Source: Paraspadella gotoi
Lineage: Eukaryota > Animalia > Chaetognatha
Reading direction: 5' to 3'
DNA: 64,000 nt
NCBI GenBank assembly: GCA_051294375.1
Contig: CM119263.1
Location: 25,758,436 to 25,822,435, forward strand
Below, piece by piece: positions 1 to 12,409 of this stretch (positions are counted from its first letter, which is position 1; each line of letters begins with the position of its first letter). Position numbers and translations under genes: made by a program. The notes beneath the pieces were generated by a model. The model had not been told where the DNA came from. It saw only the letters and a program-made list of their open reading frames with translations, and made no database searches.

Positions 1-169
1 ATTTGGCTATAGAAAAATAATTTTTCTTCATCTTAGTAAAATTATAGCAAAATTACAGATGTACATTTTACAGTTACAGGTTGCTTACTTTTATAAACTT
101 TAAATATGAAAAGAAAGCGATCAACAGATGTCTCATCCCAGACAATCCTTCAGCCTTCGAACTCTTTTC

Positions 170-3100
170 TCACAGCCGATACCTATGAGGCGTATCCACC
201 TCCCCGTAGAGCTCCGTCATCGCGATGTTGTAGTCTGTGTTGAATTCCAAGATGGCGGACATGAATCGTTGGTTCTCCCTCTCTTGCATCATCATCTCTT
301 CTTCCGCGACCCGCTCTTTGAACGATTGCATCTTCTCCCTCAATTGTTGCTTTTGTACGGTTGGTCTCTCGTCGTTTTGTGTCAGTATGGCCGATTCTAC
401 AGTCGAGATTTATAATTTTGAATGATCTATATCGCGTTTGTTGAGCATTTATCGGGCGGCTTACCTTTTGCGTGGATACCTCCGTCCGCCAGACTGTATC
501 CTTCTCCTCTTAACATTAACCAGTCGATCCACTAAAGATAATAGATTATTTTTTGGCTGAGGAAGGAGGATACTGCCCTAACAACGAATATAAAGATAAA
601 AAAAGTTTAGTTAGAATTTCACCGACCTCGTCAAGTGTTTCATGATGGCAAAACATTCCACCCAGTATTTCATCCATATATGAATCGAAAACCTGACCAA
701 CATAAACTCCAGAATTCGCGTTATAATTGGAATCTGTTAACTCGTTATTTTCATTTGTGTCGGTTGCATTCCCCTGGTTTTTTTGGTTTCTTAAAAGCTT
801 CAACAGATCAAATTCCAGGCTATCTCCATCTAATGATTGAGAACCAACTTTGGAATCTGATAATTTCTCGGATTCATCTGCTGAAAATAAGGACAAAGAG
901 TTTATCAACTTTTTTAAAAAAGTAATTATTTGTTGGCTTAATCTTGCTTCCAAAGAAACAACTACTATTTTACATTTTAGAATGAAGTCATGTCATATAC
1001 AAGTTATTTTTATTATATACCTTGAGCAGGCTTACTGATAATTTTTTCACCAAGGAACTGGGTATAATCTTTATCATTCTCCAAAGCATCCAAGAAGCTA
1101 TCTTTATATTGTGCTGCGTTAAAACCAGATTTATCGACACGAGAATGCTTCTCAAAAATATCCAAATCATCAGTATAATGCATGTCTTTTGGAAATAATA
1201 TTTGGTACTCGGGTTCTGAGTGCATATTTATTTCCTGAGACTTATTCAGATCTATAGCATCCACAAATGGCTTTGAAAGGTCAGCTGTTTTTTCCAATTC
1301 GCCGGTATCAAATGCATTAACATTCGCCATTTCTCCAGTTTGCCGTTCTTTATTTTTCGAAGGAGCAAATTGTCCACCACAACCTTTACATCCGGCACAT
1401 TGTAGTTTTTTGCACCATTTTAAACAGTCGTTAAGATTTTTTCCACAGCAAAACCTAAGGAGAAATAATTACTCCAACTTAATTTCCAAAACCCCAGGCC
1501 TTTACTTACATTGCATCTTTCGGATCCGGTATTGGCCGAGCCTCCATTCTAGCGTTATAGTCTTGCTCAAAATCACTTAAAAAATTTCTAAATGCTTCGA
1601 GTTGCATTTCCTCTTTCTTATTATCCTCTTTGATAATAACTTCGAATCCACTTTGACGCTTTTTATAGCGGTCTAATCTAAAGATTTTCAATATGAAATA
1701 TTTTTTTAAAATAACAATTTTTTCCTGTAAATAGTTACTTGTATTGAATTTTGAGCTTATCAATCCAAGCATTCAAGTTTCCTCCTTGTGAGAGTGAATC
1801 ATCTACGATTAAATCGTTCATATTATTTAATTATTAGTCTCAATGTTATTTATTGTGTTATTTATTACCTTCGCCATTTTTTAAAGAATTTTCATTTTGA
1901 GAACGATTTTGTTGAGTCAAACCACCTAAATTATCAACATTATTTTCATTGCCGTTGCCATAAAGTAATTTTGAAGCGTTGCTGCTAGTAGTTGATCCGT
2001 CCCCACAAGGCTCAACCGTTTGAGGATGTTGACTTAAAGATAGGTCGGACGATTGTGTTATCCTGTTTCTTATATTTTCTTTGGAATCACCCATGATTCT
2101 GTCGTACATCACGTTCATGTTTTGCAACATCGTATCTGAAAGTCAATTGCCTCATTACAATACCGACAATTCGTTGACCCCAGAACCGATCTATGGAATC
2201 CTAAGAATCTTAATACCGCTAAAATTCGATAAGGTACTTCCCCTTTTTCTTTATTAAAAGTTTTACTTACTGAATTGTTGACTAATATTTCGTAATTCTT
2301 TATGCTTTTCAGCCAACTTTTCTGTTTCATCCGTTTTAAACTCATTTGAAATGGTCAAAGATTTACTGAAATGAGAAAATTTTATATTTTAAAAGCTAAA
2401 TAGTTAACTTTATGCTTAGGAATCTTATGTTTTTAAAATTTAACTTCATTACTTCATTAATGCTGTAATTATTCTACCTATTTTGGAGACCGAACGTCAT
2501 ACTTAGCGATTGCTGAAATGAAATAACGAGTCGTTTCATCAGCCATTAAAAACCAAAAAAATTTTTTTCTCTGAACTTTTTTTCCGGATCACTACAGAAT
2601 GTGCTTTGATTCTAGAATTAATAGTTCGCTAATTTATATCTACCGGTTATAGGGTTGATGATAGTTTTCTCTTCTTACCTGCTTTGACCATAAATTGTCT
2701 ATAGATGTTTCAGATCCTTTAAAGTTGTCACTAGTGCAGACTGTGAAGTTTAAAATTAGAGATATTATTACTAATAATGATGATGATAAATGTTACAAAT
2801 TAAGCTTTAGAATGAAGGTTAGTAAAATTTAAAAAAAACGTTTTATATTGTTTGTTTTATCAACCAAACATTGTAAATGTAAACATTGAATAATGAATAA
2901 CGCTGACATTGCCCAAGAACATATCATTTTTACCGTTTTTTTCCTCTGTTATTTTGTTTTGATAAAAATTTGCTTGTATTCCTTTTGATCTCCGTTTATC
3001 TTCTTCTACCTAGTACGAAAAGAGTTGACTGATTGAAGAGTAATTTCATATTATTTACAACACAAGGGTTTTTTGTCTATTTGATTTGAACATCAATCAA

Positions 3101-6100
3101 AATACTGATATGTTATATCAGTTCAAGTTTTATAAGTTAAATCATTTTTTCAATCATTCATTTATAAATTTTACCTATATTTATACCTGGTCATATCCTT
3201 CAATCAATTTTCGTTTCCGAAATAATTTTTCTCTCATCTTGTTCATAAGAACTGCGGTCTTTTCTTTTTTACTGTAAAATATTGCAGAGAAATAAAACAA
3301 ATGAATACTAGAGTGGAGCTCTCAAAAACAAAAAAAATATTTGAGTGACCAAACAAGGATATTTAAACGTGAGGTAGTATAATTAATTAGTACAAAAAAA
3401 TTTTTGTTCATATTGTTTCGGGAACAGAATAGTAAAATACAATATATTTGAAGTAATAAGCTTATAAAATAGTAAACTTTAAAAATAATTATTTTTAAAC
3501 TTAATAAAGATTCAGATTCTTCATAAAAAGTTAAATCAAAAATATAAAATATGTTATCAAAATATATCATTTTCACTATTTAAAACAGGGAAAAAGGTTA
3601 AAATTTATTATTTTTTTATTTTCTGCAATGAAAACTTATATATGTTTAAACATTTTAGTCATTTTTATGGTTTAAATATTAAAATATAATAATAAAATAT
3701 ATATATATATATATATAAAATATATAATAATAAAATATAATAATTAAAATATATGTATCCCTATCAGAACATACAATTCTACATGGTAGTCTTATCCCTA
3801 TTGATAAAAAAAATCATATATAACTTTGATCACCCCTCAAAAAATTATCCATTCCCACCCCTTTCTGTTCAGCCTCTTAGATATTATGATTTTTCATTAA
3901 TGACTTTCTAACAGAAATGATGTGTGATATCTATTAGAAAACTAGGACAGATAGTAATCTAACCTTGTGTTGTTTAGATGCTCCCTCTATTTCCAGAAGA
4001 CAACACTGACTTCCCCTTCCCAAATTGAATTATTAGATAAATAAAACATTTTTAAGAAAGAAAACAATATATATTTGATTAAATAATAAATACTAAATCC
4101 TTCATAAAATATAAAAATAGAAAATAGTGAAACAAGTAATTTGCAAATTTTCATATTATAATAAATTTTTTATTACAAATCCAAATCTGTTTTTTAAAAA
4201 TAAAAATTTAATGATTTTATAAGGATATTACTACATAAATAATTGTTATGCTAAAAAAATTAAAAAGGATTTAAAATTTGTTAAATAAACAGCAAAAAAA
4301 TAATGTTCAATCGCTCAATCTTTTCATCAGTCCACCCTAATGCACACTGTTTTTTAATCATGTTTGAACAATGCACTCGCAAATTTTATGACCAAATAAG
4401 ATATTTTTATTTATTTATTTACGTTAGTGGAGGAATCAAAACATCCTGCAGTTGTGGAATCCATGTTTTACTTTCCTTTTCTTCATTATTGTTTGTATTT
4501 TCCTTAGTCGAAGTTTGTAATGGGTTTTCAGTTTGCTCCTGCGAGATTTAAAATTCAATGATATTTACAAAATTAAAAGGAATTAATTTTTTTTTTAAAT
4601 TTGAGATTACAATGATTGTAAAAATAATAATAATAATAACCGAAGAACTAACAACTGTCTTGCTTGTACCTCATATTCTTTCTCCATATTTTGGGGACTT
4701 TCAGTTTTTTTTGCCCCACAGTCGGATGAGTTGAGGAACTTACAATTGATTGCTTCTCTCTGTATATTGAAGAAACAATTTAACCACCGAATTGGATTTT
4801 GAGAATAGTCAACTATCTTTTATACCTTTTCATTGACTGAATTTTTTTGTATATGTACATTTTTTTCGTCATCTTTAACCGCATAATTATCTTGAAATAA
4901 AATCGAATAATTACTTAGTTCATTCAACCAATTAGAATAATTGAATACTTGGCCTCCATCGGTTTCCATTCTGTATAGACCAATCCAAATTTCTAGCATT
5001 TTCGATAGCCTAAAAAAATTTAAATTAAAGAATATGTATAGAGAAAGACCTGTTTTTCACAGTAAAATTCCAATAATGATTTTTATTTTAAGATATTTGA
5101 TTTTTAAATATATTTGATTTTTAATTTTTTTATATTTGATTTTTTTATTTTAAGATATTTGATTTTATTCATTTCATAAATATAGATTTTCTTTTCAATC
5201 ATCTAAACCTAAAAAAATGTTTTACTGGAATCGGAACTAGTGTTTCCTTAACTGTTAATTTTTCTACAACGTCGGTTAACCGTTAAAAATCGATTTTTTT
5301 AACCGTTAACGGTTAAAATCGGTTAATTTAGTGACTTATTTGATAATATAAATGCAAAAAAAGAAAGAAAACAATTAAAACTTAGTATTCGAATCTTATT
5401 TCAATACATAGGATGTATATAGGAAGACACTGAATTAATTATAATAATAATATCCATGATAGCGATTATGAGCTTCTATCTTTTTTAAAATTTAATAGCT
5501 AATAGCTAAAAAGCGTCAAAAGTTAAAGTTTTGAGTTAAGAGATAAAATTTACTTTTGCACTTCTCTGCTTAGACTGAAAGTAAAGTAAGTAGTGCAGCA
5601 TATATTTTTTTCAAATGTGGTGCTTGTTCAGCTGTTGCATAAAAAACCTAATTTTTTAAAAACTTTCATAGAGCTTTATGCTAATTTGATTAAACTCATC
5701 TCAGCCCACAAAATTTAAGAATACGGTCTGTTTTAAATATGAAATTGGTACAACCAATATAAAAATTATCCATTCATTTAATAAATAAGCTATCTTGCCC
5801 CTGACTTTGGACAGGCTTTGGTGGTTTAAGGCCTCCATCACTCTTACAAGATAATGACATAGCAGGTCCCTGCAAGCTTTCAATCAAGACTCTTTCACAG
5901 TCTCGTTTATTCACTCCCAGAGTACCTGGATTCTCTATCAATGAAGTAGTTTAATGTTTCAAAAAATATATATATATTATTAGTGTCAGAAAGTAAGAAA
6001 TAAAAACCTCTCAATATCTAATACAAGAAATAAAAATTGTTTTAATTACCTGGCGATAATTCCTGAAAAAATAATGTCAGAGAGTTGGAATACAAGTTTC

Positions 6101-9100
6101 ATCGACAATCATATTTATCAAATCGTTTACTGGTAAACAAAGCCTTTATTGGCAAGAAACCGTGTTCTTTCTTTTTCCTTCATCCGTTTTGCATAACTCC
6201 ATTTATATCGGTCGAATGGTGTTGGCTGTGAGATTCTTTTTAACAATTCCAACGACAATAAACTAAATTGATAAATCAAAAGTTTCAGGTATTTATAAAT
6301 CTTACTAATTACGAAAGTACTCGGTGTCTCAAAACGAGTGACGCAAAAGAAGCTGCTTCCATTCCTTACTGTAAAAAGATCTTTTACTTAGATATTTGTC
6401 TGACGTTTTAGTTATGTGAATTTTAATTGATATATCACTCATGTACTATTTCAAATTAATTTTTTTGCAACCATTATCGAAATCGCAAAAACAGCGGAGC
6501 GATTTTTTCATCGCTAAAGATTTTCGCAAGGGGATGGTTTCTTTTCTGAAATCTGTGTGCAGGATGGCATTATGCTTGGTTATGTTGAGACTTTTAGCAT
6601 TTCAAGGTCAAAAACAAGAATTTCTAGGAGAACAAAAATCTTTCTAGCTATTGACCGAGCCTTTTTTAAGGAATGGCTATACTCAAGAACCTTGATAGTT
6701 GACAACTATTGATTATTTGTTGGCAAGACGAACGACGCATAATGTGGACTCTGACCTGGAGAAGCTTGTGGACCAAGTCTAGACAAGGCTGAGACCACGC
6801 CCACTTTTTGAACAATAGTGAGACCTCAATCGCCTTCATGACACTAGTGGTTCTTTTAAAAAAAAGTTTAGTTTAATGTGCAAAACTTTCCCATAAAAAA
6901 ATTAGAGGAGAAGTCATTATCAGAAGAAGGGATTTCCCCTGCCCCTACAATACCCTAGCCCAGGGACCCTCGATCTATCGTTTATTGACTTTATATTATG
7001 TAGTAAACTAAATTCTAAATTTTGGCTACAAAAACTTAAGCGTTAAAAATTTTTTATTTAAGCCAAAGCTGAAGGCTTTTTGGTTCAGCCTGCAATAAGA
7101 AACTTTTAAATTGATGCCAGGTTTGACCCGACATTAAAACAGGCCAATTTGATTTTCAAAAAATATCTTTGTCTTTTAAAAGTCAAGTAATACTTTATTA
7201 AATGATGCCTCTAAATATTATTAATGATTTGTCGTTTACGAGTAAATCATTTTTTTTTTGTTTCACTCGTTCTGAGACACGGAGCAATATTTTTTCTTAT
7301 ATTTTACTTAAGGAGATTATTATTATACCTCTCCGCAGAAATTGTTTCGTTAAAATTGTTTGCCGCATTGTTCGCACTTGTGTATTCATTCAGTTGATGC
7401 TTTTCTTTCTTCGGCTTAGCCACGCTTTCCTAATCATTGTCAAAATATTTTTTTAACCTCTTACCTATTTTTTTACAATATTCATTCCTTAAATCCATAA
7501 GTGGATCGTAAGTTTATTTTCTTTCTAATTTATAATAAAATTAACGAAAAGTCTTTCTTGGGTATGAGTTATTTAATTTGAATGAATATGTACAAAAAAT
7601 ATAAATTTAGCATTTGTTCAAGGGAAACTAAATTTTATTTAATCAAGTTTTAAAATGACATCCTTAGCCTAACTCGACAATAAAAATAAATTAATAATAA
7701 TAATTGTTTCTGTAATCCTTTTAGAAATTGAAAAAAAAAGGTTTTACCTCTTGTTTAATAATCGTTGGTTTTTGATAGTTACTTTTCAATCCATTTTTTT
7801 TAGCGTATTGATTAAGGTTTTTTTGGGGTGGTAAACCTTCAACAGCTTCACAATCTAAATTTAAAATAAAAATTCTAAACATTTGAGGTCTTGAAAAATG
7901 TTTATAAAGATTCTTAATGTGCATATGGTTACGTAAAATTACATGATAAGTGCAAAGGTGATAATGATCCTCAATGATCACTCTCAGCAATTGGAGAAAA
8001 GGTGTTTGTAAACCTTATGAGTCAACGATTTATCATTCATTCTGTCATTTTACTCCTTTTTTCTCACCTGGTTGGTAATTAAGATTTTGGTTGCTGATTT
8101 TCTTCTTATATGGATTGGGTGTGTGCGTCCACGTCATTCCAAAATCGTCTCTTCCATCGTATGGAAAGTATGTATCATATCTCACTTTTGGTCGAGACGC
8201 ATTTGAACTGATGTGCCTAATTTTTTTAAAAAAATTGCTTTTTAAATCGAAACATCCAAAGCGGTCAAAATTCTATCCGTTCTTACGAATATTTTTGGAG
8301 ATCTTTTATCCATCTTTGGTGATCTCTGTTGTTTCTGTTTTTTTCGTTTTCTTTTCTTGCAATAATATCTCCAGCAATATTGTAGTTTCGAGCTCTTTCA
8401 GCAAAGGGATACTGAACCGCTCCATACACTAAACATCAATGTTGTTTTTAGTCGGATCTGCTTACAGCAGATTTCGGCTCTATATTATTTTTTTTTAATA
8501 ATTTCTATAATTCATTTTGTCGGTCCGTCGATCCGACCCTTAAATCTTGTCGGTCATCTCAGAACATCGAATTATGATAAAATATACATGATGTGATAAT
8601 CCTTTCTTTTCGTTGTTATTTAGTATTAGAGGAAAGCAAAGTATTTTAGAATTAGAATTCATACAACGATTTTATTTTAAGAGACGGATATGTTTCGGCT
8701 TGCTTTTTCAAGCCTTCATCAGCGTTTGACAATCAATAAAAAAAGTTTGTGCAAAAGAAGAGTGTGTGTGAGAGAGAGAGAGAGAGGGTTAAAGTTTTCC
8801 AACAAAGTGGTGAGACAGAATAGTTAACTAGTGAATAAATAAGCAATTAGCTAAGGAATAGTTAAGTGAAGTTTGAAATTTGAAAGAAAGTAGTTTATAG
8901 TTTTAGGTGATAATTAAGAGACTAAGAAAGTGAAATTCAAGGAAAAAGAAAGAGCTCAAAATGTCCGTCTCTTAAAATAAAATCGTTGTATGAATTCTAA
9001 AATACTTTGCTTTCCTCTGATAAATTATACCAAAAAGAATATGTCCGTCTGTCTGTCTGTACGTCTATCCGTCCGTCCCCCTTAGCTTTGAACGCCAATT

Positions 9101-12066
9101 AATCATGTCTCGAATTTTATGTGTGGGTTGAGAAGCGTATGATTAAGCAGGAAATCAAGTTTCGATGGAAATGATAGAAAAAACATAAATTGTGCTTAAC
9201 TATTTAATTTAATTTTGCCTGTTTAACAATTTACATGAAATATAAATACGTAAAGCAACAATAACTACTACAATTATAACAAACATTACGATCATAACTA
9301 CCACCACAATCACCACAACTATCAAAACCACCATAAAAACCATAATGACAATAACCTGCATTATCACCAGAAAGAAAACAACTACTACATAAAAAAATAT
9401 GATTGTTGGTGAATTGTATTAAATAAAAAAAGAAATTGCAAGATTAATTATGATCAATTATCATCTGATTCGGTGCTTACCGCTAAATGCCCGCGTGCAT
9501 ATCCGGCGTTGTTTGCTCAAACTTGTATTTTTAGTCGGATCTGCTTATAATCTGCCTATAATTCACTTTGTCGGTCGGTCGGTCCGCCCCCTCAATCTTG
9601 TCGGGCATTCACATATATCATGTCAGAACATCGAATTATGATTAATTATGCAAAAAAAAAACGATGTCTGTCCGTCCGTCTGTCTGTCCGTCCGTCCGTC
9701 CGTCCCACCTTAGAAAAAAACTCCAATTACTCGTGATTGGATGGATGGATTGGAATGAAATTTTGTGTGTGGGTAGGGAAGTGTGTGATTGAGCTAGATA
9801 TGAAGTTTTGATGGAATCGTGCGAGTGGAAATGAGTTTAAATAGAAAAAAAATATTTCGCTATTTGAACGCCAATTACCCATGAGTGGATTTGACGATTG
9901 ACTAGAAATTTTGTATTTGTGTAGGAAAGTGTGTGATTAAGCTGGAAATCAAGTTTCGATAGAATCGTCTAATTGATTATGTTTATTTTTATTTTTATAT
10001 TAAATGTAAATGCAAGTTGTATTAATTAATCAAATAATTAATCAGTTAATTAATCAATTAGTTAATTAATTAGTCAATTAATCAATTAGTTAATTAATTA
10101 ATCAATAATTAATTAATTAGTCAATTAATCTATCGATTAATTATTAAATTAATCAATTATTTATCTATTAATTAATTATTCAATAAATCAATTTATTTAT
10201 CAATTAATTAATTATTTAATCAATCAATCAATCCAGTTAATCGTTATTGGCATTATTGTCGTCGTCGCCATCATCGTCGTCGTTACTTTTGTTGTGGTAA
10301 GTAACAAAAAGACCTAAAAACAAACATTTTGGATCAAATTAATTAATTTATTAACTAACTACCGCTAATGATTGTGCGAGTGGAAATGAGTTTAAATGGA
10401 AAAAACAAAAGTCATATTTACTTGAAGCATTTTTACTTATATTTACTCATAATTATTATATTTATTAAAAATTGGTTAGATAAATTAAAAGGAAATTTTG
10501 TGTGTGGGTAATAAACTATGAGATTAAGCTGGATATAAGTTTTTGATGGAATCGTAGGAGTGGAAAATAGTTTAAAACAGAAAACCAAAAGACATTTATG
10601 TCAATTTTTAAAAGTTTCTATCTCTCTCTGATTGATTGATTGATTGATTGACCAAATTATGCCAATTAACCAAATTATACCGGTTAACCAAATTTTGCAG
10701 TTGACCAAATTATGCCAGTTGACCAAATTACGACAATTAACCAAATTATGCAAGTGACCAAATTATGCAAGTTGACCAAATTATGCCAGTTGACCAAATT
10801 TTGCCAATTGATCAAATTATGCCAGATGACCAAATTATGTCAATTGACCAAATTATGCTAGTTGATTTAATTATGCAAGTTGATTAAATTATAAAAGTTG
10901 ACCAAATTATGCAAGTTGGTATTGACACAGCTATTGGTAATGATTGATAGATCAATTGATTTATAGATTTTTTCTTAGATTTATTAAGAAGTCTGTTATG
11001 ATTTGTTATAATCACAAATTGAGATTCAAAAAAATTACAATGATTTATCATCGGATTTGCTTATTACCGCTTAATTATTATAGATCAATTGATTTATAGA
11101 TTTTTTCTTAGATTTATTAAGAAGTCTGTTATGATTTGTTATAATCACAAATTGAGAGTCAGTAAAATTACAATGATTTATCATCGGATTTGCTTATTAC
11201 CGCTTAATTATTGTAGGCTTAATTATTGTTTGCTCAAATTTGTTTTTATCAAAATATATTTTTACTGAACTGAACTGGAAATGCCTCACTTTCATACCGG
11301 CATGTGGGTACACTTTGGACGGATCCAAATTTTCATTGAATAATAGCCCGCAATCGCACCAATCATCTGACTTTAAATTTTCTGTAAAATTAACAATTAT
11401 AAAAATTACCAATAATAAAAGTTAACACTCTGGTTGAACACCTTGCATATCTCTTTTAGTCTTTGTTTATTAAATTTTTGGCGTTTTTAAACTATGATGA
11501 AGATGTTACTTGATACTTATATTTTTTTTACCATTTGTCCCGGTCTTATTCGAACGATCACGGTTCACTGCGGCCTCCGTTTTTCCTACATTCTTATTTT
11601 TCATATTGAAATTCTGTTCTTCGTTCATTTCGTCGCGCAAGTTTTCGTGGTCTTTTTCTTCCGCCGATTCTGAGTTCGGAGCTCGACGAGAATCTGATTC
11701 CCCCCCAATTTGTAATTCCGACTCGTGAAAGTCAACGATCATGTTGGAATCTGAGAGAGTTTTGGTCATTTCTTGTACGGCCGATTGGGACCAATCGATC
11801 GCGGGAACAGTCTCTATTTTCATTTCCGAATTCGAGGAAAATTCTTCATTGCAATCGCATTGGATCTCGGACATGTACTGTGCGGCGTTCGTCTTCTCAA
11901 TTTGAATATCTTCGTCCGATCGGTAGTCATCAACTGCCGAGTCAAGCCCGCTGTAGCCATCTCGCGGTTCGTATTGATTCTGATTTTCATTCTCTGCCGT
12001 TGACGTCGACGAGAAAGACCGATTTCGATGAGTTTCGCCTAAGCATTGGTGGCAAGGGATTACCAT
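170..12066 (-). CDS. Large multi-exon (>20 exons) gene for an uncharacterised hydrophilic, N/K/E-rich protein
   Basis: ATG at 12066 (first exon = ORF 11506-12069, donor near 11516). Exons chain in frame through GT-AG junctions near 11300-11382 (KNLKSDDWCDCG), 8286-8428, 8069-8216, 7330-7415, 6133-6262, 6050-6062, 4950-5009, 4422-4538, 3188-3272, 2679-2740 and 2271-2365. Downstream exons include FCCGKNLNDCLKWCKKLQCAGCKGC (about 1330-1455), WIDWLMLRGEGYSLADGG (465-531) and a last exon ending TPHRYRL-TGA at 170-172. Phase continuity between about 2200 and 550 was not fully resolved, so this could be two genes. Confidence 0.6.
3308..4280. repeat. AT-rich interspersed repeat, copy 1 (interrupted); second copy at about 22180-22550
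   Basis: TAGAGTGGAGCTCTC...ATATTGTTT.GGGAACAGAAT...AAATACAATATATT...TTATAAAATAGTAAA at 3308-3490 recurs at 22180-22330. The segment CAAATCC.AATCTGTT...AAGGATATTA...GTTATGCTAAAAAA...AAGGATTTAAA at about 4110-4280 recurs at 22370-22550. Confidence 0.6.
5737..5950 (-). mobile_element. Interspersed repeat, possibly a degenerate 3' fragment of an L1/Tx1-type LINE; second copy at 16189-16320
   Basis: About 130 bp near-identical to 16189-16320 (ATGAAATTGGTACAACCAATATAAAAATTATCCATT...GATAATGACATAGCAGGTC). Minus-strand translation with a frameshift reads ETLNYFID-RIQVLWE*I, reminiscent of the C-terminal ETxxHxFxxCxxxxxxW motif of L1-clade ORF2. The repeat is seen directly; the LINE identity is inference. 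Confidence 0.4.
6320..7284. mobile_element. Non-autonomous Tc1/mariner-type element (MITE-like) in an intron
   Basis: 21-bp terminal inverted repeats CTCGGTGTCTCAAAACGAGTG (6320-6340) and CACTCGTTCTGAGACACGGAG (7264-7284) with 2 mismatches. TA on the left flank, CA on the right. No transposase ORF inside. Confidence 0.6.
8582..9018 (-). mobile_element. Penelope-like retroelement remnant (inverted pLTR arms) inserted in Helentron copy A
   Basis: About 60-bp inverted arms at 8628-8691 and 8961-9018. Absent from the other Helentron copies and flanked by a duplicated TGATAAA (8575 and 9018). Carries a hammerhead core on the minus strand. Confidence 0.6.
8682..8728 (-). ncRNA. Minimal type I hammerhead ribozyme motif (Penelope-like-element type)
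   Basis: Minus strand reads AAACG-CTGATGA-A-GGCTTG-AAAAAG-CAAGCC-GAAAC-AT-ATC-CGT: conserved CUGAUGA and GAAA core, perfect 6-bp stem II, short stem I (ACG/CGT) and an NUH triplet at 8689-8687. The other arm preserves ATGTCCGT, implying an ancestral palindromic ACATGT stem III and a GUC site. Confidence 0.7.
10647..10917 (+). repeat. 18-bp minisatellite (TTGACCAAATTATGCCAG)n, about 15 units
   Basis: Contiguous tandem units with no spacers. The reverse complement recurs at 21590-21672 in Helentron copy C. Confidence 0.9.
10946..11210 (+). repeat. Tandem duplication of an approximately 134-bp unit
   Basis: ATAGATCAATTGATTTATAGATTTTTTCTTAG...ATCGGATTTGCTTATTACCGCTTAATTATT occurs twice in succession. 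Confidence 0.85.
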
Positions 12067-12409
12067 CAAGTTTCGAGAAATATCGCCCTTTTCACTTGAT
12101 TGTAATTGATTTTCATTAAAATATTTCGTTTTTTCTGTTGATTAAAATAAAAACTACAATTCTATGAGTCTCTCGCTCTCTCGATAGCTAGCTCGCAAGC
12201 TATATTTAGTAATTTACAGTTTAGTGACTCATATGTATAGTAGAGTGATGTGAAAATGATAAGATTTAAAAAAAATTTAGCATATAAAACATGAAAATAA
12301 AAACTAATAAAAATATTTTGGTAAATTTACTTTTTAATTTTATACATTAGTGGGCACTAGTGAGCTCTATTTATATGTAGTAATAAGTATATAATAAGCT
12401 AAAATTTCA

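Larger units (their letters stand above)
8450..9526 (+). mobile_element. DINE-1/HINE-like non-autonomous Helentron, copy A
   Basis: Starts after a T-run with the stem-loop AGTCGGATCTGCT-tac-AGCAGATTTCGGCT. It has a (GTCY)n microsatellite at about 9043-9077, the conserved block AATTTT.TGTGTGGG...GATTAAGC.GGAAATCAAGTTTCGATGGAA, and a 3' subterminal repeat plus the GTTTG-CT-CAAAC hairpin (9497-9526). Confidence 0.7.
9533..11242 (+). mobile_element. DINE-1/HINE-like Helentron, copy B (head-to-tail after copy A)
   Basis: TTTTAGTCGGATCTGCT 5' end immediately after the 3' end of copy A, (GTCY)n at 9666-9705, internally repeated GAAATTTTGTGTGTGGG...GATGGAATCGT blocks, an 18-bp minisatellite, and the end ...ATTGTTTGCTCAAATTTG at about 11225-11242. 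Confidence 0.7.

Noticed and set aside
5237-5330. hAT-like terminus with GTTAAC/AACCGTT palindromes
   Set aside because: No matching second terminus or target-site duplication found.
10647-10917. Regular short repeats resembling a CRISPR array
   Set aside because: The units are contiguous 18-mers with no unique spacers, there are no cas genes, the context is eukaryotic, and the array lies inside a Helentron-like element.
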